A stretch of 64,000 bases of DNA. Source: Macrostomum hystrix. Its lineage: Eukaryota; Animalia; Platyhelminthes. The stretch spans positions 19,778,001-19,842,000 of the forward strand of contig CATNEN010000001.1 in NCBI GenBank assembly GCA_950097015.1, given 5' to 3'. A program made the position numbers and the translations under genes. Below the pieces are notes generated by a model, which saw only the letters and a program-made list of their open reading frames with translations, was not told where the DNA came from and did no database searches. Below, in pieces: positions 1 to 13,029 of the stretch. Numbering within the stretch: the stretch's first letter is position 1; every line of letters starts with the position of its first letter.

Positions 1-129
1 ACAATAGCTGTGGAGAGCTTATAAGTGAATTTGTAAAGTATATTGAATACACAGATTTATCATTAATTTCTTAATTCGCAAAATCAGTCAATACAATTGT
101 AAATAGCGATTCGCTACTTGTTATAACGT

Positions 130-465
130 TAATAAGAATAATAAGTGCATTAGGGCTACGTGCAATGGCACATCATTACCAGACCACAGCCAGCGAGGAG
201 GCAATTATACTCATTTCGCTGACTCCTGAGCACATACGCACCCAGATACTGTACGCAGGCACACACTTTCTCATCGTCCGGCAGTGTACACTCTCACTGT
301 GCTTAGGAGGCTGGCCCTCAAGGGCGTGAACTGAACGATAGGACCCCAAGGGATTCTCTCCACGGCTGCGCCTGAATGTGGCCTCGCCGAAGAGAGCGTA
401 TTGGTGTATTGCTCAGGAACCTTTGTGCAAGAGGCATACGCGTTATCCCCTCTGCCATGCCCGCC
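130..465 (-). mobile_element. SINE family A, diverged copy
   Basis: Shares CATTTCGCTGACTCCTGAGCACA, CTTTCTCATCGTC.GGCAGTGTACAC, CACTGTGC and GCTCAGG.ACCTT.GTGC.AGAGGCA with 50407-50770. Confidence 0.75.
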
Positions 466-1301
466 CTTTTTTATAACATTAACTTTTTATCGCACAGCTG
501 GATATGATGACTGTCTGTAGATTTCAGAAAATAAACTGAAAGCATATTGGAATTGGTTTCTGTTTCAGAAGAACTTTGTATTTTGGCAACGCACTCATCA
601 AATCAAAATCAAAAGGCCGACCGATTCGGGCTGCGAAACTTCTGAATCTTTTCTTTAGCTGCTCTCTAAAGTAGAGACCGAGCTAGTCGATAGTGGAGAG
701 TGAAAGAGAGAGAGAGTAAGCGAAAGTGGTCAAACGAGAAAGTCCAGCAGAGAGGGTGACATGAAGGGGCTTAGTTCGACAGAGTGTGAGAGAAAGTGGG
801 ATAGGGAAGAGCGACTGTGAGTGGCGAACAGCGGGAAACAGCCGACAGGCAGAGAGGGGAGAGTGACGAATAGCGAGAGTTGCCATGCAGTCCAAGCCGT
901 TGGGGACTCTTTTAGAAGCAAAGTACACACAGCGGCCAGCAGCCCGCCAATGCACACTCAGCCAGTAGGTCCTGGCACTGTGAGCGGGGAAGGAGCGGGG
1001 AAGAGAAGGCGAGGACGGCAGGGTAGGGAGGCTACCGGGCGGTGGGTGGGGTTCCTAGTTGCTGGGTTGAAGGATTTGTGGGAGAAGCCGGGCAGGGGAT
1101 CTGGGAAGGATAAATGGAAGGCCAAGCCCCCCCCCATTGCTTGCTAACAGGGTTTTGGGAGAGCTAGCAGGCACAGAGGAGACAAGCTAGCAGGCTCTGT
1201 TAAGTCCAAATCCCAATGTCCTTAGGCCCATTGCCCTCCCTCTTTGTTAAGCCTCTTGAAGCAGCTGCGGCGAAAGATCTTCTGAGTTTCTTGGCACCCA
1301 G

Positions 1302-1611
1302 GTAAGTCAGTTTTCTATCGCTAAACTAGATTCATATCCGTTAAGAAATGCGCGAAGTGTTTTGTCATGCCCTGACGACTCGTTTGACATTTCATCTGCA
1401 GTTGCGCCAGTTGCGCCAGGTAAATAAATGGCGTTACAATGCTTGTCTTCTGCTCCAGCTGTGACAAGGGGTTGCGCGCCTGCATGATTTTGAAAGGTCA
1501 CCCCGCTGGGGATTGTTCTGCCGGGGTGTTGCAAGCGAAGGAGGTACCATAAGCCAACATTTCCATCTGCAAATTCCTAATTCCACTAAGTGTATTGTAA
1601 TCATTCTCCAG
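1302..1611 (+). other. Probable 5'-UTR intron of the GPCR
   Basis: Consensus donor CAG|GTAAGT at 1302 and acceptor TCATTCTCCAG ending 1611, 19 nt upstream of the ATG. Confidence 0.55.
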
Positions 1612-1630
1612 GTAAAATTACGCATCAGTG

Positions 1631-3279
1631 ATGGCGACACCATCCCCCGACCTCATGCTGGGTGTCAACAATGGCGGCACTGACAGCGGCGGCGGTCGGG
1701 ACGAAACGTCGATCACCCTGTCGAGGTACTCGGAGTACGGCCTGCTGATCTGCATCGGCATTGTCGGCATCATCGGCAACTTCGGCATCGCGCTGGTCAT
1801 CCTGTTTGTTCGCCGACTGCGCAAGGCCGCCAACGCTTTCATGTTCCACCACTGCCTGCTGGACCTGCTGAAGTCTTTGTACAGCCTGATCTTCGCCAAC
1901 AGCTTGCTGCACGACAAGGAACCGCGCTTCTGCAACCTCCTTGGCGGCTCATTCATCGTGTGCGTCACCAGCACCGCCTTCAACATCCTGGCCATGGTGA
2001 TGAGCGAGGCATACGTGTACGCCGACATGAGCGCCGGGGTGAAGGACAGCGGCAACTACTGCTGCATCCTGTTCAGCATCAGCACCATCTGGTTCGCCAG
2101 CATCATCCTCAACCTCGGTGTCGCCTTCCTGCCGGGAAACCCTAGCTACATCCAGAAGGTTGGCCACTGCACATTCAGCTACGGCGAGACCCGCAATTAC
2201 GTCCTGCACGTGCTGTGGATCATCCTGGTGACCTTCGCCATGAGCCTGGCCATCATGTACCTGAAGAAGCTTCGCCAGGACATCAAGTCCAACGCATCGG
2301 CCGGCTTCCTGCAATCCGACCTGCTCAGAATTATTCGCCAGTCGATCGCCGGGTCGTCAGATCTGAGCCCGATGGGTCATCCGCAGCAGCAGCAGCTGGG
2401 CGCCGATCAGGGCATAGACGACGTTGCGGAAAGAGCGCTTCTGAAGAAGGTCGAACGCTTCGCCATGACAAAGCTGTACACCCTGCTACTCATGACTGCG
2501 CTCTTTGTCCTGTTCTGGTATCCACTCTTCATCCTGACGCTGGTCGATCCGAATTTTCACGGCCAGCCGGTGGCCTACAAGGCCCTGACAATATTCGCCT
2601 GCTGCAACGCGGCGGTCAATCCGTTTGTGTTCATCTGCCTGATCAGCAAGCGCGGCTGCTGCCGGACTGAGATGCCGCGACTCCGGCTGGCGAAGGGCGA
2701 CCGCGAGCTCAACCAGGAGCCCAGCGGCATCGCCACCTTGAATAGGTACGGCAGAGGCAGTCGCTCCAAGAAGAACATCTTGCAGGCTGACATGCCACCG
2801 CCTCCGCCGCCTCCGCCGCCTCCACCGCCGCCACTGCCTCCTGCAGCAGCTTCAACACTCATGCAGAGCGGCTCCTTTGACGAATCGCGACCCTCTCGCT
2901 CCAGCTTCCGTCAGCACTCGACCTCATCGCTGCGGCATCACCAGCTGCAGCATCAGCAGCATTCGCTCCTGTCTGGCGGCGACAGCGTTGATCATCCCGG
3001 AATTTACAACGAGTACTTTGCCATGCACCCGCTGCCGCCGCCGCCTCCGCCGCCGCAGTCGTCCAGCATCCATCATCATCATCCGCAGGCGCCGCCGCAC
3101 TCCGTGCCACCGCCGCCGCCACCACCAGCCGCCTACCTGCACCGCATGGAGTCCTTCGAGCGGTCGCAGTCGCCGCCGCCTCCGCCGATGCCCGTCGCAG
3201 GTTTCCAATCGGCTTCTTCATCAACTGCCACAGCCAGTCCAAGACGACATCATCATCACTATCAGCAGCAACAGCAGCA

Positions 3280-3320
<41 letters not shown>

Positions 3321-3373
3321 GGTCTCAGAGGAACTTGTGGACACCACCGTCCGGAGCCCAGTCAACTCTGTGA
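1631..3373 (+). CDS. Class A (rhodopsin-like) orphan GPCR, loosely SREB/GPR85-like, with long poly-Pro/His/Gln C-terminal tail; CDS intronless (580 aa)
   Basis: Seven hydrophobic segments: TM1 GIIGN, ICL1 LRKAANAF, TM2 LLD, TM3 Cys (FCNLLG), TM6 FVLFWYP, TM7 NAAVNPFVF. The DRY position reads EAY. ATG at 1631 (the track starts at GTG 1628). GC3-rich coding bias. Confidence 0.88.
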
Positions 3374-4131
3374 AGATGTCACTGAGGAAAGTACTGGTGT
3401 TTCAAACTCGTATTTAACCTTTTGAAATCTAAACGTCAGGGGGAATGCGAGAGTTTGAGAATTTGAGTTCAAATGCAAACCGAATCATAGCAATCATTGG
3501 TTTGTGTAGAAAATTCAGTTTTTTGTCCGTTCTTAAATTCCAAAAATTAAATGTAATTTTTGTCACTAATTTTCACCCAATATTTTAGTCGCTATCATAG
3601 CTTGTTATTCTTGCACCATGATGCTATTAAACTGCAGTTTATTTCAGTGTTGTATAGAAGCAATTGTTTTAAAATCTTGGTTGTGAAGACAGAATGTGAT
3701 TAAACGGAAATACCGACTTCACACTAAAGGTATAGTCACTTTCTAATTTATTTTCTCTGAACTCTGCTTTGACAACACGTGTAAAACAATAGTTTTTCCA
3801 GCATCATTTTGCTTTCATGCGAGCGTTTTTACAATAATTTTACTAAACAGGTTGTAGATAGAGCTAAATAAGTGTTGCAAATTGACAGGTGAATATTTTC
3901 AGGTGTTGTGGCGTAATTGTAATTGACATTAATTAATCATTTTATCTTAGACGAAGTAGATCCCTATTTATGTGTTTGAATCAACTGCAGTAGTCGCTAA
4001 ACATCGCTTTATTTCTCAAATTAAATTTTCGTGTTTCTTGTAATATTTAGACGTTTTTTCAGACACTATCTTTAATACTCGTATGATTTTGTTGGTTTTT
4101 TAATCAATCTCGCACTTATTTTTCACATTGA

Positions 4132-4137
4132 AATAAA
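4132..4137 (+). promoter_or_regulatory. Candidate GPCR poly(A) signal
   Basis: AATAAA at the end of an AT/T-rich 3' region, before the first array. Confidence 0.4.
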
Positions 4138-4310
4138 TGACTAGATACTTTGCACACAAGAACCGCACGATCTTAGTCAAATTAAAAAATATAATTAACG
4201 AAAATGCACTGCAATTTTTTTGTAGTCGCTTGACTTGATCGAGTTGCATTCGTTTTTCACAATCATTCTTGCCAGGTAAAAATCAAGCTGCAGTTTTGCG
4301 TGTCGAGGGG

Positions 4311-5527
4311 GACACTCTGGGGTTGTTGAGGACACTCTGGGGTTGTTGAGGACACTCTGGGGTTACACTCTGGGGTTGTTGAGGACACTCTGGGGTTGTT
4401 GAGGATACTCTGGGGTTGTTGAGGATACTCTGGGGTTGTTGAGGATACTCTGGGGTTACACTCTGGGGTTTTTGAGGATACTCTGGGGTTACACTCTGGG
4501 GTTGTTGAGGACACTCTGGGGTTGTTGAGGATACTCTGGGGTTACACTCTGGGGTTGTTGAGGACACTCTGGGGTTGTTGAGGACACTCTGGGGTTGTTG
4601 AGGACACTCTGGGGTTGTTGAGGATACTCTGGGGTTGTTGAGGACACTCGGGTTGTTGAGGACACTCTGGGGTTGTTGAGGATACTCTGGGGTTACACTC
4701 TGGGGTTGTTGAGGACACTCGGGTTGTTGAGGACACTCTGGGGTTGTTGAGGATACTCTGGGGTTACACTCTGGGGTTGTTGAGGACACTCTGGGGTTGT
4801 TGAGGACACTCTGGGGTTGTTGAGGACACTCTGGGGTTGTTGAGGACACTCTGGGTTTGTTGAGGATACTCTGGGGTTGTTGAGGACACTCTGGGGTTGT
4901 TGAGGACACTCTGGGGTTGTTGAGGACACTCTGGGGTTGTTGAGGATACTCTGGGGTTGTTGAGGATACTCTGGGGTTACACTCTGGAGTTGTTGAGGAC
5001 ACTCTGGGGTTGTTGAGGACACTCTGGGGTTGTTGAGGACACTCTGGGGTTGTTGAGGACACTCTGGGGTTGTTGAGGATACTCTGGGGTTGTTGAGGAC
5101 ACTCTGGGGTTGTTGAGGACACTCTGGGGTTTTTGAGGATACTCTGGGGTTACACTCTGGGGTTTTTGAGGACACTCTGGGGTTACACTCTGGGGTTTTT
5201 GAGGACACTCTGGGGTTGTTGAGGACACTCTGGGGTTGTTGAGGACACTCTGGGGTTGTTAAGGATACTCTGGGGTTGTTGAGGATACTCTGGGGTTGTT
5301 GAGGACACTCTGGGGTTTTTGAGGATACTCTGGGGTTACACTCTGGGGTTGTTGAGGACACTCTGGGGTTTTTGAGGATACTCTGGGGTTACACTCTGGG
5401 GTTGTTGAGGACACTCTGGGGTTTTTGAGGATACTCTGGGGTTACACTCTGGGGTTGTTGAGGACACTCTGGGGTTGTTGAGGACACTCTGGGGTTGTTG
5501 AGGACACTCTGGGGTTGTTAGGACACA
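4311..5527. repeat. 20-bp minisatellite (GGACACTCTGGGGTTGTTGA) with 13-bp deletion variants
   Basis: Directly visible tandem period. Confidence 0.95.
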
Positions 5528-5585
5528 ATTGTTGTTGGGGACTGTTTGGGATTGTTGGGGAGAAGGTTATTAGGGGTACAGTTAG

Positions 5586-5667
5586 CCCCTGAGCTTGATT
5601 CCGCGGCGAGGCCACATTAATACGGGGCGCAACCGCAGAGAAGGCTTGGGGGACTTTCTCATGCAGT
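5586..5667 (+). mobile_element. SINE family A fragment
   Basis: CCTGAGCTTGATTCCGCGGCGAGGCCACATT...GGGGCGCAACCGCAGAGAAGGCTTGGGGG matches the B-box/body junction of the family. Confidence 0.55.
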
Positions 5668-6094
5668 TTTTCCGATGAAAATAACTCCTTGCCGTGACAT
5701 TTCCAACTTTGGAGACTTTCAAACTAGGATCAACTCTCTGCCTCTTCTTCCCCAAGGAATGATCCGGCCAAGACACTCATCTGCCTCGCTGAACTAACGA
5801 AGTGGACGGACTCAAAAAACCTGAGCCCAAGTTGAGTTAGAAGCCGTTGAGTAGAGCAGAATCTCAGACTCAACATCCGACAGTCTAGTTTAGCCACACG
5901 CCTGCGTGCATTCTCGGACAGTTGGCGGTTTTAATTAATTCCTGAGCAGTCGACTCAAGTTCAGCTTTGAGGGCTGGCAATCCAATCCGCAGGCTCCCCA
6001 CCTTCCCAAGGGGTTAGAGAAGGGACTCCTGCTTCATTAGGTTTCTTCTACAGCTTTTACTCGTAACTCTTACTCGTATATTTACATATATGTA

Positions 6095-7900
6095 GTATCT
6101 CCACCTGGTTATCTCCCCCACACCCAGAGTATCTCCCTCACACCCAGAGTATCTCCCTCACACCCAGAGTATCTCCCCCACACCCAGAGTATCTCCCCCA
6201 CACCCAGAGTATCTCCCCCACACCCAGAGTATCTCCCCCACACCCAGAGTATCTCCCCCACACCCAGAGTATCTCCCCCACACCCAGAGTATCTCCACCT
6301 GGTAATCTCCCCTACACCCAGAGTATCTCCCCCACACCCAGAGTATCTCCACCTGGTTATCTCCCCTACACCCAGAGTCTCTCCCCCACACCCAGAGTAT
6401 CTCCCCCACACCCAGAGTATCTCCACCTGGTTATCTCCCCTAAACCCAGAGATCTCCCCCACACCCAGAGTATCTCCCCACACCCAGAGTATCTCCACCT
6501 GGTTATCTCCCCTACACCCAGAGTATCTCCCCCACACCCAGAGTATCTCCCCCACACCCAGAGTATCTCCCCCACACCCAGAGTATCTCCCCCACACCCA
6601 GAGATCTCCCCTAAACCCAGAGATCTCCCCTACACCCAGAGTATCTTCTCTACACCCAGAGTATCTCCCCCACACTCAGAGTATCTCCCCCACACCCAGA
6701 GTATCTCCCCCACACCCAGAGTATCTCCCCCACACCCAGAGTATCTCCCCCACACCCAGAGTATCTCCCCTACACCCAGAGTATCTTCTCTACACCCAGA
6801 GTATCTCCCCCACACCCAGAGTATCTCCCCCAAACCCAGAGTATCTCCCCCACACCCAGAGTATCTCCCCCACACTCAGAGTATCTCCCCTACACCCAGA
6901 GATCTCCCCTACACCCAGAGTATCTTCTCTACACCCAGAGTATCTCCCCCACACCCAGAGTATCTCCCCTACACCCAGAGTATCTCCCCCACACCCAGAG
7001 ATCTCCCCTAAACCCTCTCCCCCAGAGTATCTGGGGGATACTCTGGGGTAATCTCCACCTGGTTATCTCCCCTACACCCAGAGTATCTCCCCCACACCCA
7101 GAGATCTCCCCTACACCTAGAGATCTCCCCTACACCCAGAGTATCTCCCCCACACCCAGAGATCTCCCCTAAACCCAGAGATCTCCCCCACACCAAGAGT
7201 ATCTCCCCCACACCCAGAGTATCTCCCCCACACTCAGAGTATCTCCCCCACACCCAGAGTATCTCCCCCACACCCAGAGTATCTCCCCTACACCCAGAGT
7301 ATCTCCCCCACACCCAGAGATCTCCCCTAAACCCAGAGATCTCCCCCACACCAAGAGTATCTCCCCCACACCCAAAGTATCTCCACCTGGTTATCTCCCC
7401 TACACCCAGAGTATCTCCCCCACACCAAGAGTATCTCCCCCACACCCAGAGTATCTCCCCTACACCCAGAGTATCTCCCCCCACACCCAGAGATCTCCCC
7501 TAAACCCAGAGATCTCCCCCACACCAAGAGTATCTCCCCTACACCCAGAGTATCTCCCCCACACCCAGAGATCTCCCCTACACCCAGAGATCTCCCCTAC
7601 ACCCAGAGTATCTCCCCCACACCCAGAGATCTCCCCTAAACCCAGAGATCTCCCCCACACCAAGAGTATCTCCCCTACACCCAGAGTATCTCCCCCACAC
7701 CCAGAGATCTCCCCTACACCCAGAGATCTCCCCTACACCCAGAGTATCTCCCCCACACCCAGAGATCTCCCCTAAACCCAGAGTATCTCCCCCACACCCA
7801 GAGTATCTCCCCTACACCCAGAGTATCTTCTCTACACCCAGAGTATCTCCCCCACACCCAGAGTATCTCCCGCACACCCAGAGTATCTCCCCCACACCTC
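6095..7900. repeat. 20-bp minisatellite (CACCCAGAGTATCTCCCCCA)
   Basis: Directly visible tandem period with 18-bp and ACCTGGTT variants. Confidence 0.95.
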
Positions 7901-8534
7901 TAGAGTATTAGAATATGCCCCTAGAGTACATCACAAAAGTACATTTACCCTGTACCCCTTGCTCCTATGGGTATCGGAATATGGGACATGAGGTGGAGTC
8001 AATAGGATGTTTCGAGACAAGTTTCGGGATTGAGCACAGGAGCAATATATATCCAGCGGGGAAGCATTATTGACAAGCTGTGGGTAGGACTTTGCAGCTC
8101 ATCGATAAGTGGACTAAAGGACTGCAGCCTAGGCTAGTAGATTCTAGTCGAATTTGAGTCGAGTTGAGTTGCTCCAAATAACATAAGAAGCTTACTCACC
8201 AAATAGTTAGGCCTATCAGGGTAGACCTGCTCGAGAATTTTTCGTAGGGTTGCATGCACTTTATCTCCTAACAAAATTGGAATAAAATACATTATTGGCA
8301 TGTAGGAACCAGTACTAGGTTTAACTGAATGATTTGTAGCTGACTTCATAAGCCATTCATACACGATGCAGCATTCCTTAGCACATCTTGTTAAAGAAAT
8401 TAAATTATTTATCCGACGAGCCAAACACCGGTTCACTTCAGGATCGACAAGCCAACTCGACTTGAAATGGGGTGCCTAACTTTCGCATGAGGCTTGTTAG
8501 AGTTCGTTTAAAAATAAAAAAGACCAGGAATTCA

Positions 8535-9862
8535 TATGAATAGAATGGATTGCTAGTATAGCCCTCATATTGATGACGGGAATAGAATGGATTGCTAGTC
8601 TAGCCCTCATATTGATGACGGGAATAGAATGGATTGCTAGTCTAGCCCTCATATTGATGATGTGAATAGAATGGATTGCTAGTCTAGCCCTCATATTGAT
8701 GATGTGAATAGAATGGATTGCTAGTCTAGCCCTCATATTGATGATGTGAATAGAATGGATTGCTAGTCTAGCCCTCATATTGATGACGGGAATAGAATGG
8801 ATTGCTAGTCTAGCCCTCATATTGATGATGTGAATAGAATGGATTGCTAGTCTAGCCCTCATATTGATGACGGGAATAGAATGGATTGCTAGTCTAGCCC
8901 TCATATTGATGACGGGAATAGAATGGATTGCTAGTCTAGCCCTCATATTGATGACTGGAATAGAATGGATTGCTAGTCTAGCCCTCATATTGATGACGGG
9001 AATAGAATGGATTGCTAGTCTAGCCCTCATATTGATGACTGGAATAGAATGGATTGCTAGTCTAGCCCTCATATTGATGACTGGAATAGAATGGATTGCT
9101 AGTCTAGCCCTCATATTGATGACTGGAATAGAATGGATTGCTAGTCTAGCCCTCATATTGATGACGGGAATAGAATGGATTGCTAGTCTAGCCCTCATAT
9201 TGATGACGGGAATAGAATGGATTGCTAGTCTAGCCCTCATATTGATGACGGGAATAGAATGGATTGCTAGTCTAGCCCTCATATTGATGATGTGAATAGA
9301 ATGGATTGCTAGTCTAGCCCTCATATTGATGATGTGAATAGAATGGATTGCTAGTCTAGCCCTCATATTGATGATGTGAATAGAATGGATTGCTAGTCTA
9401 GCCCTCATATTGATGACGGGAATAGAATGGATTGCTAGTCTAGCCCTCATATTGATGATGTGAATAGAATGGATTGCTAGTCTAGCCCTCATATTGATGA
9501 TGTGAATAGAATGGATTGCTAGTCTAGCCCTCATATTGATGACGGGAATAGAATGGATTGCTAGTCTAGCCCTCATATTGATGACGGGAATAGAATGGAT
9601 TGCTAGTCTAGCCCTCATATTGATGACTGGAATAGAATGGATTGCTAGTCTAGCCCTCATATTGATGACGGGAATAGAATGGATTGCTAGTCTAGCCCTC
9701 ATATTGATGACTGGAATAGAATGGATTGCTAGTCTAGCCCTCATATTGATGACTGGAATAGAATGGATTGCTAGTCTAGCCCTCATATTGATGACGGGAA
9801 TAGAATGGATTGCTAGTCTAGCCCTCATATTGATGACGGGAATAGAATGGATTGCTAGTCTA
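8535..9862. repeat. 42-bp tandem array, ~31 copies
   Basis: AATAGAATGGATTGCTAGTCTAGCCCTCATATTGATGA plus a variable tetramer (CGGG/TGTG/CTGG). Confidence 0.95.
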
Positions 9863-10800
9863 ACAATAAACATCGATAAGATTAGCAATCAGCCAATAAC
9901 AAGCGAATATGTTTAGAAGCATCCGTTGCTGTACGAACTAGTACAGCTTGTACTAGTCATCAGACAGGCTAAAACTCAGCTAAGCATTGTTGCAACTTTA
10001 TTTTACTTAATAGATAATAGAGAATTGATTTATTTAGCTCACATAGGCGACCAAATTGACAGGACTGGTGACAAAAACTGCTTAGATTTGGAAGAAGTCC
10101 ATTTTTAATAGCATATTAGTCTGATATATAGAAATATATATCTACTAGATTAGCGAATTAAGCGAATCGATACCAGCTAAATAGCTTATTCATTGATATA
10201 AGAACAAATAATCTAGAAATAAGATGACAAAATTGACACAAAGCGATAAATTAGAATTTTGATAATCAGTTCGGGCATAAAATTGCAAAAAAGGATTTAG
10301 CAAGTGAGAACTAGAATATTTAACTGAAAGGTTTGTTATACTGACAGAAAAACGCTACACACTCACATACTGGTCATGCGGGCTGTGTACTTTAAGGAAA
10401 ATAACACTGAATATTTCCATATTTGGTAGCCATTATTATAATAGCATAATCACGCACTAGCCACCACCAGGTGATTAACATACAAATAGAATGAAGCACT
10501 GCTAGGCTTGCAGTTCAAATAAATAAACTTTAATAAACATAAAGTAGGTACTTATGCGATAAATAACTTCATAATAGTAGATATTCAACAGTGGCAGGCA
10601 AACTACAAGTCTAGTAAATTTTTTGTAAACTGCCCAAAGCTGCAATAAATGGGATGAGCACAGATGAAGGCAGATGGGAAGCTGAACTAAATAACTGCAG
10701 CTACAGTGTCGCATACTGGATGCAATTGAATATAAAAATAGCAAAGGTTATTAACAACTATTGTAGACACAGGCGCCAAAGGACTAATTCCTATATGAGC

Positions 10801-11112
10801 TGAGAGGGAGAGAGAGGAGAGGGAGAGAGAGGAGAGGGAGAGAAAGAGGGAGAGAGAGAGGGAGAGAGAGAGGAGAGGGAGAGAGAGAGGGAGAGAAAGG
10901 AGAGGAGAGGGAGAGAGAGGAGAGGGAGAGAGAGAGAGGAGAGGGAGAGAAAGGAGAGGAGAGGGATAGAGAGAGGAGAGGGAGAGAAAGGAGAGGAGAG
11001 GGAGAGAGAGAGAGGAGAGGGGGAGACAGAGGAGAGGGAGAGAGAGGAGAGGGAGAGAGAGGAGAGGGGGAGAGAGAGGAGAGGAGAGGGAGGGTGCAAG
11101 GGAGAGAGCGAG
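10801..11112. repeat. GA-rich polypurine tract
   Basis: Almost pure G/A on the + strand. Confidence 0.9.
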
Positions 11113-11904
11113 ACTGACAGCGCCACAAAACACGGCAAGCACTGACACAGAAGATGGCCTGTTAATTTAGTAGAACCGATTTTGTTTAAATTCCAATATT
11201 TGTTGGTTCAAAAATGAGGAAGAGGTGGGAGAGGGGAGACAATGGGATGATAGGAGATTAAGGCAGTGACAAGCAGCAGCAGCAGCAGATGCTAGATCAG
11301 TAGTGAGAGAAAATCCTGCCTAGCAAGGTTTTCAAGCAGCAATGAACAGGCAGCAGATTTAGGCGGCAAATCATACATAAATAGCAAGGTAACAGGTTTG
11401 AGTAGTGGAGAGGGACATCACAGTAGCGCATTAGTTCATTACATAATATGTGGTTCATATTGAACGACTTCAATTTAACTTTATTTACCTCTTTTGTCTT
11501 CTAAATTCTACCCGACTTGTAACTGAGGGGGTGGAGCAGGGATGAGAGATTGCGAAAAGTGCGCACAGAGACAAGAACAACGCAAATAGATTCGCTGCAG
11601 AGGCGGACTTAATGGGGAGTAGAGATTGTAGAATTGGGATTAAAATCCCACATTCTTTTAATCGCTACTCCCAGCAGAAGAAAACAGACCAGTTTTAGTT
11701 CTCACGACAATTTCGGTCGCGAAAGCCAATCAACGAACAGTTTTGCGAACAAAATCATAACCAGGGCGGGGAACAGGCGGCAGAGCATGAATGGGATAGA
11801 AATCCCGACGAGATATTTAATGCCTAAAATGGTGTCTAAATTGTGTGTTAATCTAAAGCATAGAAAGATATTTTTATTGGAACTTGAAATTTGAAACTAA
11901 AACC

Positions 11905-12215
11905 CAATTAAAATCCTGGGATTTCCCAGTCGAATTCAGGGATTTCCCTCTCAAATCCTTGGATTTTCCATTTAAATCCTTTGATTTCCCAATTAAATCC
12001 TTGGATTTCCCATTAAAATCCTTTGATTTCCCATTTAAATCCTTTGATTTCCCATTTAAATCCTTTGATTTCCCATTTAAATCCTTGGATTTCCCATTTA
12101 AATCCTTGGATTTCCCATTTAAATCCTTGGATTTCCCATTTAAATCCTTGGATTTCCCAATTAAATCCTTGGATTTCCCATTTAAATCCTTAAATTTCCA
12201 ATTAAAAGGCTAGAG
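11905..12215. repeat. 21-bp minisatellite (AAATCCTTGGATTTCCCATTT) with internal palindrome
   Basis: Tandem period 21; AAATCC-TT-GGATTT inverted repeat. Confidence 0.9.
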
Positions 12216-13029
12216 TTTCAAATCTAAATCCATAAGATTTCTAATTTAAATCTTCGTGGAATTTCGAGTTAGAATCGTGTGATTTGCTATCTGTTGGGAT
12301 TTGCAACAGAAATCATGAAATTTCCTATTCCTTAAAGTTAAATAATGGTAAGTTTTCTTTGAATCGTGTTTCAGGGATTTCCAAACGGAATCCCTGATTT
12401 TCGAATTGGAAATAATGAACAATTATTGTCATGCTCAGCACACCTGCTACAGAAATATTATCCTATAAGTTGAATAGCCAATAATTACGCACACCGCATT
12501 ATGCAAGCAAACAGTAAGAATAGTTTGCAAGGAAACCACAGATTAATACTAGTGCACTTTTTATAGAAAAAATAGTTGGTTTTTTATCGACAAACGAATA
12601 ATTGCGTTACAGAACGCGAACGTTGACATACAGTAAGTAGAGAGCTGTGTCAGAGTAAAGTCTACAAACAAGAACAAGCTTAGAATATAAAGTTTATTAG
12701 GGTAATTTAGATTTCAGATGACAAAGACAACAATGTAGTAACAATGTGAGTAGAAAATAATTGCGCTAAATTTAACAAATTACAATAATTTGCTGGAGTA
12801 AGACTGGTCAAGAATAATGCCTGTCCTATTCTGGCTACTATGTTAGTAGTCTGAAGCAAACATAGATTTTTTTGTCTGGAATCGTAAAAAAAATTTTGTA
12901 ACGCAGCATAGGGTAGGATTATAGGCTTAGCAAAATAAACTGGTTAAAGGTTCTATGTCGCAATGCTCCACTAAAAATTAATAATGATTGCGTAATTTAG
13001 GTACCATGGACATTTTAGAGTAGGGAGGA

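Noticed and set aside
4263-7663. Repetitive ORFs (PECPQQ, GVGEILWV)
   Set aside because: Translations of 20-bp minisatellites open in several frames; the same applies to ORFs at 24280-27286, 31768-34846, 36924-39276 and 41104-41557.
8497-9916. 463-aa and related ORFs; CRISPR-like 42-bp repeat
   Set aside because: The ORFs are a by-product of a 42-bp (multiple of 3) tandem unit; the variable part is only 4 nt.
9925-9970. Hammerhead ribozyme (minus-strand CTGATGA + CTAGTACA/TGTACTAG hairpin)
   Set aside because: The GAAA half of the core does not follow the stem.
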